DNA of 64,000 nt, taken from the NCBI GenBank assembly GCA_034521815.1, contig JAXHLW010000011.1, forward strand, positions 1 through 64,000. Reading direction: 5' to 3'. A program made the translations under genes and the position numbers. The notes beneath the pieces were generated by a model. It was given only the letters and a program-made list of their open reading frames with translations. It made no database searches and was not told the origin of the DNA. The stretch's first letter is position 1; each line of letters starts with the position of its first letter. Shown here piece by piece: positions 44,793-54,434 of this stretch. Origin of the DNA: Trueperaceae bacterium. Its GTDB lineage: Bacteria > Deinococcota > Deinococci > Deinococcales > Trueperaceae.

Positions 44793-46598
44793 ATGGAGAC
44801 GAGGGAGCCCCCGGCGGGACGACGGGCACGACACATCAGCATGCCCTGCGCGAGAGGCTCGAGGTCTTCTCGACGCTGTTTCCCGGTGTCCTGTTCCTGT
44901 GGCGGCAGGATCCGGACGGCCGCTTCAGCGCTCCGTACGCCAGCGACGGCATCACGACCATGTTCGAGCTGTCGCCCGAGATGGTCGCCACGGACGCGTC
45001 GGCGATGATCGCGAAGATCCACCCGGGCGATCTCGATGCGTTCCTCGCCGCGATCGACGAGTCGCGTCGCACGCTGACGCTCTGGTCGCACGAGTTTCGG
45101 ATCGTGCACGACGACGGGAGCACGCGGGCGATCAGCGGACAGTCGATGCCGGAGCGTGCGCCCGACGGCTCCACCATCTGGACCGGCTTCGTGACCGACG
45201 TGACCGAGCGGCGGTTCATGCACGATCGGCTTCGCCTGATCACCGACGCTCTGCAGGACGTCGTCGTGCTGACGGACGCCGAGTCGAGGGTGAGCTTCGT
45301 GACCCCCAGCGTCCGTACCGTGTTGGGCCGTGACCCCAAGGACGTGACCGGTCGGTCGGTGCTGGAGCTGTTCGAGCAGGGCGGCCGCCAAGCCGTACGC
45401 GCGGCACTGCAATCGCCGTCCGACCAGGTGATCGAGGCGCGGGGGGCGCACGCGCTGGGGCACGAGGTGTGGCTCGAGGCGACGCTCCACCGCATCGACG
45501 GCGAGGGCACGGTGCTGGCCTGTCGGGACGTGACGCAACGCGTTCGCGACCGACGCGATCTGCAGCGAGAGGTGGCGTACCGTCGGACGCTCGTGGAGCT
45601 GACCCGCGACATGTTGTCGGCCGAGCTCGACGAGCGCTTCTATCAGCTGCTCATGGAACGCGCGATCGAGCTGGTGCCCGACGCCGAAGGCGGCAGCATG
45701 GTGCTCTGGGACGAGGAGGATCAGCGCTACGACTTCGTCGCCGCGCAAGGCTTCGATCTCTCCGTTCTCCGGACGATCCGGCTGACGCCCGAGGAGCTGG
45801 ACCGAAGCGATCCTCCCCGCGTCGAGCGCATCGAGGTGCACAAGACCAACGGGCGGCTGGACGCGGCGACCCAGGCTCGGTTTCGCGCCGCGGGCCGCCT
45901 GGACGAGCTCAAGATGACGCTCTCGGTCCCGATCACCTCGCGCGGCAGCGCTGCCGGCTTCCTGAACCTGGACAACTTCCGTCGCGCGGACGCGTTCGGC
46001 AGCGAGGCCATCGAAGCGGCCGAGGCGCTGGCCGTGCAGGTCGGGCTGGCGTTCCAGCGCCTCCAGCTCGAGGCGTCGCTCCGCGCGGAGCGGACGCGCT
46101 ACCAGCACCTCGCCGGGCACGACCCGCTCACCGGCGTGCCCAACCGGCGGCTGTTCCAGGACCGCCTCACGAGGGCCCTGGCGCGAGCGAACCGCCGCGG
46201 CGGTCACGTCGGGCTGATCTACGTGGACTTGGACGAGTTCAAGACGGTGAACGACCGCCACGGCCACGCCGCGGGCGACGCGCTGCTGCGCGCCGTGGCG
46301 ATGCGCCTTCGCGACACCGTGCGGGAGGAGGACACGGTCGCTCGGCTCGGTGGCGACGAGTTCGCCGTCGTGCTGTCGGAGCTGACGGTTCCAGGACGAC
46401 GCCGCGGAGGTCGTCGACAAACTCCACGGCGCGCTGAGCGACCCGTTCCGCCACGACGGGCTCGAGCTTCGTGTGAGCGCCAGCATCGGCTGCGCCGTCT
46501 TCCCCGCCGACGGCGCGGACGCCGACGATCTGATGCGGGCGGCGGACGCGGCGATGTACGAGGCCAAGCCCAAGGAGCGTCAGACCCAGCGCGACTGA
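44793..46598 (+). CDS. PAS-PAS-GAF diguanylate cyclase (start uncertain; frameshift near 46390)
   Basis: PAS motifs IHPGD and DVTERR; GAF; HDPLTGVPNRR, FKTVNDRHGH, REED I-site, GGDEF; ADAAMYEAK in shifted frame. Confidence 0.9.
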
Positions 46599-46620
46599 CC
46601 GCTGCGTGGGGTCGTCGCGC

Positions 46621-47028
46621 TCAGTGCATCCAGGGCGTGTACGCCAGCCCGATCAACAGCCCTTCGGGCCCGGACAGGCGCGCGACGGTCTGGCCCCACG
46701 TCTCGGTCTTGGCGCCGTGGATCAGGCGCTGGCCCTGCGCCTCGAGCTCGGCCGCCGCCTCCGCGACGGCGGCCTCGCTCGGCCATCTCGAACTCGATAG
46801 TGGCTTGAGGAACGGGGTACGCCTCGGGCCAGTCGTAGGTGCCGAAGCAGGTGTGCGCCGCCATCGACAGCGGCCAGACGCCCAGATGCTTCACGCCTGC
46901 GAGCTCCTCGCTGGACAGGTACTCGCCCTCGCCCTCGAGGGGCAGGCCCAGGAGGTCGCGGTAGAACGCGGTGCCCTGCTGCGCATCGGGGACGATCGGG
47001 GTGACGCCGGCGACGAATTCGATCTTCA
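46621..47028 (-). CDS. VOC/glyoxalase family protein (frameshift near 46785)
   Basis: FYRDLLGLP, QATIEFE, C-terminal TPWMH*; AAGGAG RBS. Confidence 0.8.
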
Positions 47029-47216
47029 TGGTGGGCTCCTTCTGGCCGGGGCTCGCGTCGACCGGCGGCTCGTGGCGTGCGGTCCGCGCCCGACGGTCGG
47101 CGCCCGGCGGTCGGTGTCGAGTGACGGCGACCTGCAGGGTAGCGAGTCTACCGAAAACCATGCCTGGGATTTCCGGTAGACACGGGGACATCCTCGCTTG
47201 CAGAAGGAGGTCCACC

Positions 47217-47348
47217 ATGATCCAGTCCATTCCGACCTCGGCGCTGTTCGACCGTCCCGCTCGACTCCGTCAGGAAGCCCGCCTGGTGCGGGTGCTCCGC
47301 GAGCTGCGCGCCGCAGCGGCGGCCCGCCACGCGAGGACGGACCGCTGA
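47217..47348 (+). CDS. Small hypothetical protein (43 aa) upstream of fhs
   Basis: AAGGAGG SD a few nt before the ATG; MIQSIPTSALFDRPARLRQEARLVRVLRELR. Confidence 0.5.
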   Translation: MIQSIPTSALFDRPARLRQEARLVRVLRELRAAAAARHARTDR

Positions 47349-47380
47349 CGAACGACCCGATCCGGTACGCTCGACGCATC

Positions 47381-49006
47381 ATGACCGAGACCCTGCGCAC
47401 CATCACCGACGTCGCCCACGAGCTCGGGCTCGATCCCGACACCGTCCGGACGCTGGGCCGCCACAAGGCCAAGGTCCAGCTGCCTCCCGCCGGCACGTCC
47501 GACGACCCGGACCGTCAAGGCCGGCTGGTCCTCGTCAGCGCGATCATGCCCACCAAGGCGGGCGAGGGAAAGACCACCGTCAGCGTCGGGCTCGCAGACG
47601 GCCTCCGCCGCGTCGGCCGCAAGGTCGCGCTGTGCCTGCGCGAGCCGTCCCTCGGCCCGGTGTTCGGGATCAAGGGCGGCGGCACGGGGGGCGGACGGGC
47701 GCAGGTCGAGCCCGCGGCCGACATCAACTTGCACTTCACCGGCGACATGCACGCCGTCACCGCCGCCCACAACCTGCTTTCGGCGATGATCGACACCGAC
47801 CTGCACTTCGGCGGCGCCAGCGGCCTGACGCCGGAGCGCGTCACCTGGCCGCGCGTCCTGGACGTGAACGACCGCGCGCTTCGGAAGGTGATCGTCTCGG
47901 CCGGGCGCGAGACGGAGCGCACGACCCGTTTCGACATCACGGCCGCCAGCGAGATCATGGCGGTGCTCTCGCTGGCCGAGTCCCTGGACGACCTGCGAAG
48001 CCGGATCGCCCGCATCGTGGTCGGCACCAGCGAAGACGGCGCCGACGTCACCGCGAACGATCTGGGCGCGGTCGACGCCATGGTGGCGCTGCTGCGCGAC
48101 GCGCTCGAGCCCAACCTGGTCCAGACGCGCGAAGGCGCGCCCGCCTTCGTCCACGGCGGACCGTTCGGCAACATCGCCCACGGCTGCTCCAGCGTGGTCG
48201 CGACCCGCACCGCGCTGCGCCACGCCAGCGAGGTGGTGACCGAGGCCGGGTTCGGGTTCGACCTCGGTGGCGAGAAGTTCTTGGACATCAAGATGCGCCA
48301 GTCGGGACTGTGGCCGCGTGCGGTGGTGCTCGTCGCGACGGTGCGGGCGCTGGCCGCCCACGGCGACGGCGACGTGGCGCGTGGCTTGGCGCACCTCGAC
48401 CGGCAGCTGGCCAACGTGCGCGCCTTCGGTCTGCCGACGGTCGTGGCGATCAACGTGTTCGCCAACGACGACGAGGACGATCTGCGCGCGCTGGAGCGTC
48501 ACTGCGAGGAGGCGGGCGTCCCGTCGGCCCGGATCACCTCGTTCGCCGACGGCGGACCGGGCGGCGAGGCGCTGGCGGGAGCGGTGTTGGAGGTCCTCGA
48601 CGCCACCGACGCCGATCCACCCCGGCCCCGCTTCCTCTACCGCGACGAGATGCCCCTGGCCGACAAGATCCGCACCGTCGCCCAGCGTCTCTACGGCGCC
48701 GGCTCGGTCACGTTCCGCGACGCCGCCGAGCGGCAGCTCGAAGCGCTGACGAAGGCGGGCCACGGCCGGCTGCCGGTGTGCATCGCCAAGACGCACCTGT
48801 CGTTCAGCGGCGACCCCAAGGCGGGCGGTCTGGCCGAGGGGTTCGATCTCGAGGTCCGCGCGGTCCGGCTCTCGGCCGGCGCCGGCTTCGTGGTCCCGCT
48901 GATCGGTCGGATCGTGACGATGCCGGCGCTGGGTCGCGACCCGGCCGCGAAGCACGTCCGGGTCGCGACCGATGGCACGATCTCGGGCCTGATGCAGGGC
49001 GAATAG
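47381..49006 (+). CDS. fhs: Formate--tetrahydrofolate ligase
   Basis: PTKAGEGKTT, LREPSLGPVFGIKGG, INLHFTGD, FDITAASE, HGGPFGNIAHG, VTEAGFG, CIAKT. Confidence 0.97.
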   Translation: MTETLRTITDVAHELGLDPDTVRTLGRHKAKVQLPPAGTSDDPDRQGRLVLVSAIMPTKAGEGKTTVSVGLADGLRRVGRKVALCLREPSLGPVFGIKGGGTGGGRAQVEPAADINLHFTGDMHAVTAAHNLLSAMIDTDLHFGGASGLTPERVTWPRVLDVNDRALRKVIVSAGRETERTTRFDITAASEIMAVLSLAESLDDLRSRIARIVVGTSEDGADVTANDLGAVDAMVALLRDALEPNLVQTREGAPAFVHGGPFGNIAHGCSSVVATRTALRHASEVVTEAGFGFDLGGEKFLDIKMRQSGLWPRAVVLVATVRALAAHGDGDVARGLAHLDRQLANVRAFGLPTVVAINVFANDDEDDLRALERHCEEAGVPSARITSFADGGPGGEALAGAVLEVLDATDADPPRPRFLYRDEMPLADKIRTVAQRLYGAGSVTFRDAAERQLEALTKAGHGRLPVCIAKTHLSFSGDPKAGGLAEGFDLEVRAVRLSAGAGFVVPLIGRIVTMPALGRDPAAKHVRVATDGTISGLMQGE

Positions 49007-49075
49007 CGCGCCGGCTGGGCTCGCCGCCGGCCGCGCGCGGCGCCGGCTGAGCGGCGGGCCCGACCCGCGCCGACC

Positions 49076-49462
49076 TCAGCTGGATTGGAGCTCTCGGCCC
49101 CCGTCGCCGTCCGCGTGCGGCTTGCCGACGTCCGTTTCGTTCTGGCTCGCCTCGGAGCCGGCAGGGTCGGCGACCTTGACCACGCTGATCGTCAGGTTCG
49201 CGACCAGCGCCGCGATCGCGCCGATCCCCGCCCAGACGGGCAGGAGGGCGGTACCGATCACGCCCAGCGTCAGCGGGATCTCGATCAGCGTCTTGCCGTC
49301 CTCGTTCTTCAACGTGATGCGGCGGACGTTGCCCTCTCGCACCAGCTCCTTGACCTTGGAGACGACCCGCTCGCCCGAGACCTGGAACTCCTCGGTGAAG
49401 GTCCGTCCCTCTTCCCTGCTGCCCGTGTTCGTGTTCGCCTGGTCGTGATGGTCGTCGCTCAT
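49076..49462 (-). CDS. DUF4342 domain protein
   Basis: KVKELVREGNVRRI...LIEIPLTLG...AIAALVANLTI. Confidence 0.88.
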   Translation of the reverse strand: MSDDHHDQANTNTGSREEGRTFTEEFQVSGERVVSKVKELVREGNVRRITLKNEDGKTLIEIPLTLGVIGTALLPVWAGIGAIAALVANLTISVVKVADPAGSEASQNETDVGKPHADGDGGRELQSS

Positions 49463-49740
49463 CGTGATCCTTCCTCTCCGGATCCGTCGGACCCGTGGGG
49501 CGTCGCCCCGTGCACACGATCGTAGGCCCGCGTCGCGAACGCCGCCTCGGCCGAAGGGTGGAGAACGGTCGGCGGCGAGGCCCTCGCGCGAGCCTGCACC
49601 GAACGGCGCTCATCCAGGCCGAGTCAGACGGCCGTAGCGCCTCAACACCTCGCGAAGCGGCTCGTGCGGGAGCGAAGGGTAGTACGCGCGGTCGACGCCA
49701 TGGTGGCGCTGGGCATCGTCGATCAGCTGCCCGGCCCGAC

Positions 49741-50814
49741 TCAGGCAGCGTCCGCCGACGCGTCGCTCGCGCCCACGACGCGGTTCTTGCCCAGACGCTT
49801 GGCGCGGTACAGGCGCCGATCGGCGCGTTCGAGCAGCTCCGCGACGGTCGTCAGCGGCTCGAACGTCGCGACGCCGAAGCTGGCCGTGACCCCGACGCCG
49901 CCCGAGTAGAGGTGGCGCTGAACCTCGTCCCGGACGCGTTCGGCCAACCTCAGCGCCTGTTCGTGGTCCGCGTCGGGAGCGATGATCAGGAACTCCTCGC
50001 CTCCCCAGCGGCCCAGCACGTCGCCGGTCCGTAGCAGCGGTCGCACGCTGCGCCCGACCTGCTCCAGGACGCGGTCCCCGACGTGGTGACCGTGAACGTC
50101 GTTGACGCGCTTGAAGTCGTCGATGTCGAAGAACACGACCGAGAGCGCCAGGTCGTGACGGAGGGCCAGCGAGGCGTAGCGGTGCAGATTCTCCTCGATC
50201 CCGCGACGGTTCGGAAGGTGCGTGAGCGCGTCGAGGTACGCCATCTCGCGCATCTTCTCGGTCTCCATCAGGGCGCTCGCGTGATCGTCCTTGCTGCGCG
50301 CCAGCGCGTAGAGCATCAGCATCGTCACCGCCAGCGCCCCTTCGTACGCGATCAGCTGCGCTGCAGAGCCCACCGGAGCTCCGACCCGCGAGCCCACGAC
50401 CAGCCAGGCGGCGGTGATCGCGACCGCGACGGCCAGCTCGGCCGCCGAGAGGATCAGCGCCGTTCGCGTGGCGAACAACAGGTACGCCAGAATCGCGAGC
50501 ACGATGAAGATCATGAACACGTCGGGGGTGAGCCGCTGCGCGACCGGCAGTGCGGCGTCCGACCAGAAGAACCGCGACGCCACGATCCAGACCCAGAACA
50601 GGGCGAGGAAGACGTACGAGATGCTCATCACGGTCCGGGTCGCCAACCGCCTCCTGGCCAAGGCCCAGAACGCCCAGCACAGCTGGAGCGCCAGCACCGG
50701 ATACCCGAACGCCTCCAGCGGAGACGCGGACGCGAACCGTCCCAGCGCCAGCAGCGTCGGAACGGCCAGGGCGATCACGGCGAGCAGGAGCGGACGGTGT
50801 CGGTCCAGGTTCAT
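49741..50814 (-). CDS. Membrane-bound diguanylate cyclase
   Basis: About 6 N-terminal TMs; DALTHLPNRR, FKRVNDVHGH, RTGD I-site, GGEEF. Confidence 0.95.
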   Translation of the reverse strand: MNLDRHRPLLLAVIALAVPTLLALGRFASASPLEAFGYPVLALQLCWAFWALARRRLATRTVMSISYVFLALFWVWIVASRFFWSDAALPVAQRLTPDVFMIFIVLAILAYLLFATRTALILSAAELAVAVAITAAWLVVGSRVGAPVGSAAQLIAYEGALAVTMLMLYALARSKDDHASALMETEKMREMAYLDALTHLPNRRGIEENLHRYASLALRHDLALSVVFFDIDDFKRVNDVHGHHVGDRVLEQVGRSVRPLLRTGDVLGRWGGEEFLIIAPDADHEQALRLAERVRDEVQRHLYSGGVGVTASFGVATFEPLTTVAELLERADRRLYRAKRLGKNRVVGASDASADAA

Positions 50815-50933
50815 GGGCCCCCTGCACGGGGCCGTGACCGGCAGAAGCAGCGAGACGCTCCGCGACGCTCCGTCATGGTGGCAAGCCCTCGCTCACGGGT
50901 CCTGTCAGTCGCTGCGGTCGCGCCGTGGGCGCG

Positions 50934-51356
50934 CTAATGCGGCAAGCGCGTCTGCAGCAGGCCGTAGGTCAGCGTCCCCAGCCAGGCGGCGGCGAACACG
51001 ATCGTGAACGGCCACAGGCCGGCACCGATCAGCGCCGCGATCGGCCCGGGACAGGCGCCGGTCAGCGCCCAGCCGACACCGAACAGGACGCCGCCGCCGG
51101 CGTAGCGGCGCCAGCCGTCGGGCATCGCCTCGGTGACGATCGGACGTCCGTCCACGGAGCGGATCTCGAGCCGGCGCACGATCCACACGCTGAGCGCGGC
51201 GACCAGCACGGCCGTTCCGATCACGCCGTACATATGGAACGCGTGGAACCGGAACATCTCCTGAATGCGGTACCACGAGACGACCTCGCCCTTCATCAGC
51301 ACGAAGCCGAAGTAGACGCCGATCGCCAGGAAGCGGGCGTCGGCCGGGATGGTCAC
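50934..51356 (-). CDS. YeeE/YedE-family (DUF6691) sulfur-compound transporter subunit
   Basis: SWYRIQEMFRF, GGVLFGVGWALTGACPGP. Confidence 0.9.
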   Translation of the reverse strand: MTIPADARFLAIGVYFGFVLMKGEVVSWYRIQEMFRFHAFHMYGVIGTAVLVAALSVWIVRRLEIRSVDGRPIVTEAMPDGWRRYAGGGVLFGVGWALTGACPGPIAALIGAGLWPFTIVFAAAWLGTLTYGLLQTRLPH

Positions 51357-51400
51357 GGCGGACCTCCCGGCCTGCTCGTCGGCCAGCCCGTCGGCCGACC

Positions 51401-51973
51401 TCACGATCCCCCCAGCAGCAGCGGCCACAGAAGGTGCGTGGCCGCCAGCCCGCCGGCGAAGAACCCTGCGACCGCGATCGCCGAGGCGGGCTGAAGCTCC
51501 GCCAGCCCCATGATCGCGTGGCCCGAGGTGCAGCCTTTGGCCCAGCGCGCGCCGAACCCGACCAGGAAGCCGCCGACCACGGTCGCCACGAAGCCGGCCG
51601 GCGTGCGCAGGCCCTCCCAGGAGAAGATCGCCGTTGGCACGAAGCCTCCGTCCACCGTGACGCCCAGGGCCTGCAGCGCCCGGCGGGTCGCCTCCGAGAC
51701 GCGCACGGGGTTCGGATCGCCGAGGACGACGCCGCCCAGCAGGCCTCCGATCGCGATGCCCGCCACGACCAGCAGGTTCCAGGCTCCCTCGCGAAGCCCG
51801 TCGTAGCGGAAGTAGCTCGCCGGCACGTTCGCGATGGCGCAGAGGTGCCGGTACGACGACGACAGTCCGAACCGTCGTCCCCCGAACACCAGCAGCATGG
51901 GCACGACCAGGCCGATGGCGGGCCCGGCGACGTACCAGGGCCACGGGCCGCGTAGAAGATCGAGGAGGTCCAT
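51401..51973 (-). CDS. YeeE/YedE-family sulfur-compound transporter subunit
   Basis: PWPWYVAGPAIG, GLSSSYRHLC, GFGARWAKGCTSGHAIMG. Confidence 0.92.
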   Translation of the reverse strand: MDLLDLLRGPWPWYVAGPAIGLVVPMLLVFGGRRFGLSSSYRHLCAIANVPASYFRYDGLREGAWNLLVVAGIAIGGLLGGVVLGDPNPVRVSEATRRALQALGVTVDGGFVPTAIFSWEGLRTPAGFVATVVGGFLVGFGARWAKGCTSGHAIMGLAELQPASAIAVAGFFAGGLAATHLLWPLLLGGS

Positions 51974-52097
51974 GGCCAAAAGGTTTACCAACACGGTCAA
52001 CAATGCGTCAAGCGAGCCGGCCCGCTGTCGAGGCCGCGCCACCCGGCGATGCGGTCCAAGGTTCGCGCCACCGCGCTTCGTCTCCGCGCGCCGTCGC

Positions 52098-53519
52098 TCA
52101 ACGCCACGGGAAGCCCATCGCCTTCCAGCCGGTCCGCATCGTCCGCAGCAGGTCGCGGGTGCGCCACGAGTCGGCCTCCGGCACCCGGCGCAGCCACGTC
52201 CACGCCATCATCCGGAGCACGCCCGACACCACGAACAGCCAGTGGTACGCGGTCCAGGTCCCGCCGAACACGGGCGCCTCGAACCTCCCGAGCGTCACGA
52301 GCAGCGGTCCCGAGAGCACGCCCCCCAGGAAGCCGGTGACGCCGGTGCCCAGGCTGTACATGGCGATGAACACCACACGGTTCGTTCGCGGCGCCGAGAC
52401 CAGGGCCAGGTTGAAGATCGCGGGACCGATCGCGCCCCACGCCACGGCGTCGAACACGGCCGACAGCCAGATCCACTCGACGCGGCCCGTGAAGCCGGCG
52501 ACGATCCAGGAGAAGGGCAACAGCGCCCCGGTCAGGAAGGTGCCGATCGCCAGAACGCCCTTGTTGCCGACCCGGTCGGCGACGCGGCCCCAGCCGCTCG
52601 TCGTCCCCAGCGCGGTGATGGCGGCGATGGACGACCAGACGGCGATCTGCGTGAAGCTGAGACCCAGCTCGCCCAAGAAGTAGGGCATGACGAACGGCGA
52701 GGCCAGCATCACCACGAACTGCCAGTAAAGCGCGAACACCAGGAAGCGCCGGAACCCCGGCTCCCGCCACGGCAGCGTGACCAGATCGCGCCAACGAACG
52801 CGCTCCCGCGTGGTGGGCGGATCGAGCTGCGCGAGGTAGATCCCGACGCCCACCAGCGCGATCGCGACCGAGGCGACCAACACGGCCTGGAACGAGAACG
52901 GCGCACCCACCCGGTCCAGGAACGCCCCCGCAGCGAGGTTCGCGACCATCGCGACGACGCCGACGATGCCCGCGCGGAGCCCGAAGTAGCGGCCGCGCTC
53001 GCGCTCGGGCACGACGTCGCCCATCCAGGCGGCCCAGAGCGTGCCGTTCGCCGCCAGGAAGAAGCTGCTCACCAGGACCAGCACGATCAACGCCGGCGGA
53101 CGCCAATCGTCCGGCATGGGCACGAGCGGCAGCGAGGCCGCCAGCAGCCAGGTCGTGCGCGAGGCCAACGCCATCGCCACCGTCAACGCCTTGCGGCGCC
53201 CCAGCACCGCGGCCAAGAACGCCACGCCCGGGCTGGCGACCTGCGCCAGCAGCGGCACCGAGCCCACCAGCGCGATCTCGGCCGGCGACGCCCCGAGGTG
53301 CAGCATGAACCCGATCAGCACGCTCCCCGACGTCCAGTTCAGGAACACCTGGGTGAGCGATCCCTCGACGACGGAGAGCCGCATGGTGCGCCGGACCTGG
53401 CGCCGAACGCCCGGCTCGAGGTCGTCCAGCCGAGCCGCGGCGCCCGGGGGCGGCGGCAGCCGGGGAGCGTCGTCAGGAGAAGGGTGAGGAGAGGCGTCGG
53501 GAGCAGGATCGCGCGTCAT
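52098..53519 (-). CDS. MFS transporter
   Basis: About 12 TMs, WMGDVVPERERGRYFG, WGRVADRVGNK. Confidence 0.9.
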   Translation of the reverse strand: MTRDPAPDASPHPSPDDAPRLPPPPGAAARLDDLEPGVRRQVRRTMRLSVVEGSLTQVFLNWTSGSVLIGFMLHLGASPAEIALVGSVPLLAQVASPGVAFLAAVLGRRKALTVAMALASRTTWLLAASLPLVPMPDDWRPPALIVLVLVSSFFLAANGTLWAAWMGDVVPERERGRYFGLRAGIVGVVAMVANLAAGAFLDRVGAPFSFQAVLVASVAIALVGVGIYLAQLDPPTTRERVRWRDLVTLPWREPGFRRFLVFALYWQFVVMLASPFVMPYFLGELGLSFTQIAVWSSIAAITALGTTSGWGRVADRVGNKGVLAIGTFLTGALLPFSWIVAGFTGRVEWIWLSAVFDAVAWGAIGPAIFNLALVSAPRTNRVVFIAMYSLGTGVTGFLGGVLSGPLLVTLGRFEAPVFGGTWTAYHWLFVVSGVLRMMAWTWLRRVPEADSWRTRDLLRTMRTGWKAMGFPWR

Positions 53520-53734
53520 GCAGCGCGAAGTCTACGCCACCTGCGGACGGCGTGCACGGCTCGGGCGATCGACGACCGTCTCACGGTGTCGAAGCGCTCC
53601 GGGTCGAGCCCCGGCTCGAGCAGCCCGCGAACGAGCTCGCCGACGGACGGCGCCGGCAGGGCGGCGGACGCCGGACCGGACGCGCCGATCCCGAGCGCGT
53701 CTCGCACCGCCGACCGAGCGTGGGCAGGGCTCGC

Positions 53735-54385
53735 TCAGCGCACCGCCATGTCGGGAAGCGACCGGACGACGTGCGGCGTGATGGCGCGCGCCGCGCCTGC
53801 GTCGACCACGCCGTTCGTGACGAACAGGCAGGTCGCTCCCGCCGCGATCGCCGCCCGCGCGCCGGCCTCGCTGTCCTCGACCACCAGGCAGCGATCCGCC
53901 GAGACGCCCAGGCGCCGCGCCGCCAGCAGGTAGCCGTCGGGCTCCGGCTTGCCGCGCGCCACGTCCTCGACCGAGATCCGGACGGGCAGGTGCGCTGCCC
54001 AGGCGTGCGGCTCCAGCGAGGCGCGGATCATCGCGTGCGGCGAGTTCGACACCACCGCCCGCGGCACGCCCGCCGCGGCGACCTCCTCGACCCAGACCGC
54101 GGCGTTGGGCATCGGACGCGCACGCCCCAGCGCCTCGACGAGGTCCTGGACGACGCGCTCCCAGAACGCGTCCGGTTCGCCCACGAGGCCGTAGCGGGTC
54201 TGCAGGATCGCCGTCGACGTCGCGCGATCCTTTCCGTGCAGCGAGGCGTGGGCGCTCTCCGGCAGGTCGCCGCCGAACTCGGGCACCACCGCGCGAAGCA
54301 CCTCGAACCAGATCGGCTCGCTGTCGACCAGGGTGCCGTCCATGTCGAACAGCACGGCACCGTAGTCACGAGGGTCCAGCGTCAT
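53735..54385 (-). CDS. HAD-family phosphatase (beta-PGM-like)
   Basis: FDMDGTLVDSE, VVSNS, GKPEPD, VVEDS..G. Confidence 0.93.
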   Translation of the reverse strand: MTLDPRDYGAVLFDMDGTLVDSEPIWFEVLRAVVPEFGGDLPESAHASLHGKDRATSTAILQTRYGLVGEPDAFWERVVQDLVEALGRARPMPNAAVWVEEVAAAGVPRAVVSNSPHAMIRASLEPHAWAAHLPVRISVEDVARGKPEPDGYLLAARRLGVSADRCLVVEDSEAGARAAIAAGATCLFVTNGVVDAGAARAITPHVVRSLPDMAVR

Positions 54386-54434
54386 CGCGTCGACTCTCCT
54401 TCTCGGGCGTGACGTCTCGGGACGGCGGTGGGGG

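Noticed and set aside
47115-47170. Possible ZMP/ZTP riboswitch before fhs (GTGAC.GGCG, GGTAG/CTACC hairpin, TGCCTGGG)
   Set aside because: No P1 3' strand or GGGA junction between the putative P2 and P3, and the conserved GACUGG and CGCCUGGGC are incomplete
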